Source: an uncultured Woeseiaceae bacterium (GTDB lineage Bacteria; Pseudomonadota; Gammaproteobacteria; Steroidobacterales; Woeseiaceae). Taken from it: a DNA stretch of 64,000 nt. The stretch covers positions 6,417 through 70,416 of the forward strand of contig CAYLSX010000001.1 of the NCBI GenBank assembly GCA_964386685.1, read 5' to 3'. The notes below the pieces were generated by a model, which ran no database searches, was not told where the DNA came from, and was given only the letters and a program-made list of their open reading frames with translations. The position numbers and the translations under genes are program-made. The stretch's first letter is position 1, and each line of letters begins with the position of its first letter. This document shows positions 59,356 to 64,000 of the stretch, piece by piece.

Positions 59356-60598
59356 GCCAGACCACCCTGTCCGGTACCGGCTTGGTCTTGTCTATCGTGG
59401 TGTAGTACGGCATGAGCAAGAAGAAAAAGAAATACAATGCCGTGAATATGCGCGCCAACAATACGTACAGCTCGTTAGCCGGCTGCATACCGAGCCAGCC
59501 AAGCAGCAGGAAACTGACGGTAAAAGTGGCGAGTGCCGACTTGTAAAGCCAGCCGCGATAGCGAATCGATTTCACCCGCGACTTGTCAAGCCAGGGCAGC
59601 AACATCGGTAGAAATACCGCCGCCCCCATTGTCATCGCACCGAGGAGCTTGTCGGGAACTGCACGCAACATTGCGTAAAAAGGCGTGAAATACCAGACGG
59701 GCTGGATATGTGCCGGTGTAACGCGAATGTCAGCAGGATCGAAGTTGGCATACTCAAGAAAATAGCCCCCCATCTCCGGCGCAAAAAAGACCACACCACA
59801 AAAGAACATCAGAAATACGATAAGCGCGACCAGATCCTTGCTCGTGTGATAAGGATGAAACGCGACTCCATCGAGCGGAATCCCGTCCGGTCCCTTATGG
59901 TCCTTGATCTCGACGCCGTCGGGATTGTTCGAGCCTACCTCGTGCAAGGCGACGATATGAACAAACACCAGGCCGACCAACGCCATGGGCAACGCGATCA
60001 CATGAAGCGCGAAGAAACGGTTCAGCGTGATATCCGATATCGAGTAGTCGCCACGAATGTATTCGACCAGGGTTTCGCCAATTCCCGGGATCGCGCCGAA
60101 CAGGGAGATGATGACTTGTGCGCCCCAGTAGGACATTTGTCCCCAAGGCAACAGGTAGCCGGCGAACGCCTCGGCCATCAGCGCGAGGAAGATCAGCATG
60201 CCGATGATCCAGATCAACTCCCTCGGCTTCTGGTATGAGCCGTAAAGCATCGCCCGGAACATGTGCAGGTAAACAACGATGAAGAACGCCGAGGCACCCG
60301 TGGAGTGCATATAACGGATTAACCAGCCCAGCTCGACGTCGCGCATGATGTACTCGACAGACGCGAAGGCTTCCGCCGCGGATGGTTTGTAGTTCATCGT
60401 AAGAAAAATGCCGGTCAACAGCTGGATGATCAGCACGACCATGGCGAGCACACCGAAGAAATACCAGAAATTGAAATTCTTTGACGCGTAATACTCGGTC
60501 GCGTGTTTTTTCATGGTCTTCGTCAGTGGAAAGCGATCGTCAATCCACTTGAGAAATCCACCTTTCGGGCTACCGATTTCAGATTCGATACGCGCCAC
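59348..60598 (-). CDS. petB: cytochrome b of the bc1 complex
   Basis: 416 aa with conserved His pairs and a PEWY-like region. Sits between petA and petC. Confidence 0.96.
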   Translation of the reverse strand: MARIESEIGSPKGGFLKWIDDRFPLTKTMKKHATEYYASKNFNFWYFFGVLAMVVLIIQLLTGIFLTMNYKPSAAEAFASVEYIMRDVELGWLIRYMHSTGASAFFIVVYLHMFRAMLYGSYQKPRELIWIIGMLIFLALMAEAFAGYLLPWGQMSYWGAQVIISLFGAIPGIGETLVEYIRGDYSISDITLNRFFALHVIALPMALVGLVFVHIVALHEVGSNNPDGVEIKDHKGPDGIPLDGVAFHPYHTSKDLVALIVFLMFFCGVVFFAPEMGGYFLEYANFDPADIRVTPAHIQPVWYFTPFYAMLRAVPDKLLGAMTMGAAVFLPMLLPWLDKSRVKSIRYRGWLYKSALATFTVSFLLLGWLGMQPANELYVLLARIFTALYFFFFLLMPYYTTIDKTKPVPDRVVWHG

Positions 60599-61185
60599 TA
60601 TGCTGCCCCTGAATCGACGCCGATCATTATTACGTCATCCTGGATAAACCGGTATGGCGGCACCCGCAGGTTGGTCGGCGCCGGCACACCCTTATAGACG
60701 CGGCCGGAGAGATCGAATTTCGAACCATGACAGGGACAGAAGAATCCGCCATACCAGTCCGCGGCCGGTCCGACCTCGAACTGTTCCAGAGGTGCGCATC
60801 CCAGATGGGTACACGAACCCTCGACGACCAGGATTTCTGGTTTGCGAGAGCGAAATTCATTGACGGCGAAATTGGGCTGCTGATCCGCGTTGCTGGAGTC
60901 CGGGTCATCAAGGTATTCGCTTACCAGCGATAGCCTCGAGAGCATTTCCTCGGAGCGCCTGAGAACGAATACCAACCTGCCACGCCACAGGACTCTTATC
61001 ATCTCACCGGGTTCGAGCGAGCCAACGGCGACCTCGACCGGAGCGCCCTGGGCCTCGGCCCGCGCACTGGGCTTCAGCGAGGAAATGAACGGAATGGAGG
61101 CAAGGGCAATGCCCGCCCCTCCAGTAACAGCAGTGGCAACAGCTAGAAAATGACGTCTGTTGCGATCAACGTCATCGGTCATCAA
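60598..61185 (-). CDS. petA: ubiquinol-cytochrome c reductase Rieske iron-sulfur subunit
   Basis: Tat-like RRHFL and Rieske motifs CTHLGC and CPCHGS. Confidence 0.96.
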   Translation of the reverse strand: MMTDDVDRNRRHFLAVATAVTGGAGIALASIPFISSLKPSARAEAQGAPVEVAVGSLEPGEMIRVLWRGRLVFVLRRSEEMLSRLSLVSEYLDDPDSSNADQQPNFAVNEFRSRKPEILVVEGSCTHLGCAPLEQFEVGPAADWYGGFFCPCHGSKFDLSGRVYKGVPAPTNLRVPPYRFIQDDVIMIGVDSGAA

Positions 61186-61401
61186 GGCGCTCCCTTATAC
61201 CGGCCCCAGGTGGCCGTTTTTTGCTTTGCCCGAAAACTGGTAGATTTGCAGCAGGCCCCTTTTGCCGTCAGGATGACGGTCAAAGCGGGCCTGGGTGCGG
61301 AACCAGTGGCGCATTATACACGCGGCCGCTCAAAATTGGCTAGGCGCTGACCCGTCTGAGTACTCAAACCGCGACGATCCAACGTAATCCGAGGACGACA
61401 T

Positions 61402-62475
61402 GTGGCCGGACTCAAATCGGCTCTGATTTTTCTACTACAGTCCGTAATCGTTGGATTGGCGGTGGCCTTTCTCGTCGTCCTGATTCGGCCGCAATGGCTG
61501 CCGGTGAATGCCGGAAACGGCTCGGGTCAGCCTGCCTCATACGCCAATGCGGTCGACATCAGCGCCCCGGCGGTTGTGAATGTCTACACAAAACGGCTGG
61601 TGCAATCCACTGCCACCCCTGATGCGAGAAGCCGCTTTCGGCTGGATACCAATCTTGGATCCGCGGTGGTCATTGACCCCGAAGGATACCTGGTCACCAA
61701 CTACCACGTCATCGGCGGCGCCGCAGAGATCCGTGTGCAGATGTCCGATGGCCGGGTCGCCAATCCTGTCGTCGTAGGCTATGACGCGGAAACAGACCTC
61801 GCGCTTCTGAAAGTCGACTTAGGGTTGTTGCCCGCAATACCGCTGGGCAGGTCCGATCAGCTTCGTATCGGCGACATAGTCCTTGCGATCGGAAATCCAT
61901 ATGGCCTTAGCAAGACAGTCACCCAAGGCATCGTCAGTGCGACCGGCCGCGGCCTTCTCGGCTTGTCGACCTTCGAAAATTTCATACAGACCGACGCGGC
62001 AATTAACACCGGCAACTCCGGTGGCGCACTGGTCAACACCGCCGGGCAGCTGGTTGGCATCAATACCGCCGTGCTGGCGCAGGATGTCGATACCAAAGGC
62101 ATCAGTTTCGCAATTCCCGTCGATCTCGTTCGCGGCGTCGTAGCCGCGATCAAGGAACACGGTAGAGTCATTCGTGGATATCTTGGTCTGATGCCTGACG
62201 ATCTCACGCGGGCTGAGTTTCAGGCGCTCGGACTTGATTCGAATGTCGGCATCCTTTTGTCCCAGGTCTTTAAGGACGGTCCAGCGTATGCAGCCGGTCT
62301 CAGGCAGAACGATGTCATTCTTACGATCAATGGTGAACCCATTCAGAGCGGCCAGCAGGCTCGCCTGCTCGTGGCCGGGCTAACGCCTGGCGATTCGGTC
62401 GAGATGGTGGGCTGGCGTAACGGTCGCCGCTTCTCGACGACCGCGCAGGCCGTCGAGCGCCCTCGCGAACCTTGA
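61402..62475 (+). CDS. degS: DegS/AlgW-type periplasmic serine endoprotease (S1C, single PDZ)
   Basis: GTG start after GAGGA. N-terminal TM anchor, catalytic GNSGGAL, and one C-terminal PDZ domain. Confidence 0.85.
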   Translation: MAGLKSALIFLLQSVIVGLAVAFLVVLIRPQWLPVNAGNGSGQPASYANAVDISAPAVVNVYTKRLVQSTATPDARSRFRLDTNLGSAVVIDPEGYLVTNYHVIGGAAEIRVQMSDGRVANPVVVGYDAETDLALLKVDLGLLPAIPLGRSDQLRIGDIVLAIGNPYGLSKTVTQGIVSATGRGLLGLSTFENFIQTDAAINTGNSGGALVNTAGQLVGINTAVLAQDVDTKGISFAIPVDLVRGVVAAIKEHGRVIRGYLGLMPDDLTRAEFQALGLDSNVGILLSQVFKDGPAYAAGLRQNDVILTINGEPIQSGQQARLLVAGLTPGDSVEMVGWRNGRRFSTTAQAVERPREP

Positions 62476-62482
62476 GAGCGCC

Positions 62483-64000
<1,518 letters not shown>

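Overview
This 64 kb window is almost entirely conserved gammaproteobacterial chromosome at about 57% GC. Gene order resembles Xanthomonadales and Pseudomonas. I saw no transposase, integrase, CRISPR array, tRNA or rRNA.

Left to right:
- pgeF (partial), rluD, bamD, nadE and sucDC.
- A type IV pilus locus: pilS, pilR, a sigma-54 promoter, two tandem pilin genes, then pilB, pilC and pilD.
- coaE, zapD, mutT, secA, an M23 peptidase and a DUF721/DciA-like ORF.
- The complete dcw cell-wall and division cluster on the minus strand, from mraZ through ftsZ to lpxC. It has its promoter and MraZ boxes.
- RNase P RNA (rnpB).
- A respiratory block of about 14 kb: Alternative Complex III (actA-B1-B2-C-D-E-F), a dihaem c4-like cytochrome, an orphan ORF, a cytochrome c oxidase cluster whose subunit II carries two c-type haem domains, and a HiPIP gene.
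- rsmI, lpoA, yraN, sspBA, the bc1 complex (petABC), degS, murA and ibaG (partial).

I did not find a convincing undescribed multi-gene system. The items most worth follow-up are:
- the respiratory block sitting between rnpB and rsmI;
- an orphan 140-aa ORF between the c4-like cytochrome gene and coxB;
- perfect palindromes upstream of the act and HiPIP genes;
- a possible 27-aa hydrophobic small ORF between two terminator-like hairpins in the ftsZ-lpxC spacer;
- the divergent tandem pilins.

Many ORF-track entries start too far upstream. I trimmed starts by homology to known N-termini and by ATGA/GTGA overlaps with the preceding gene.
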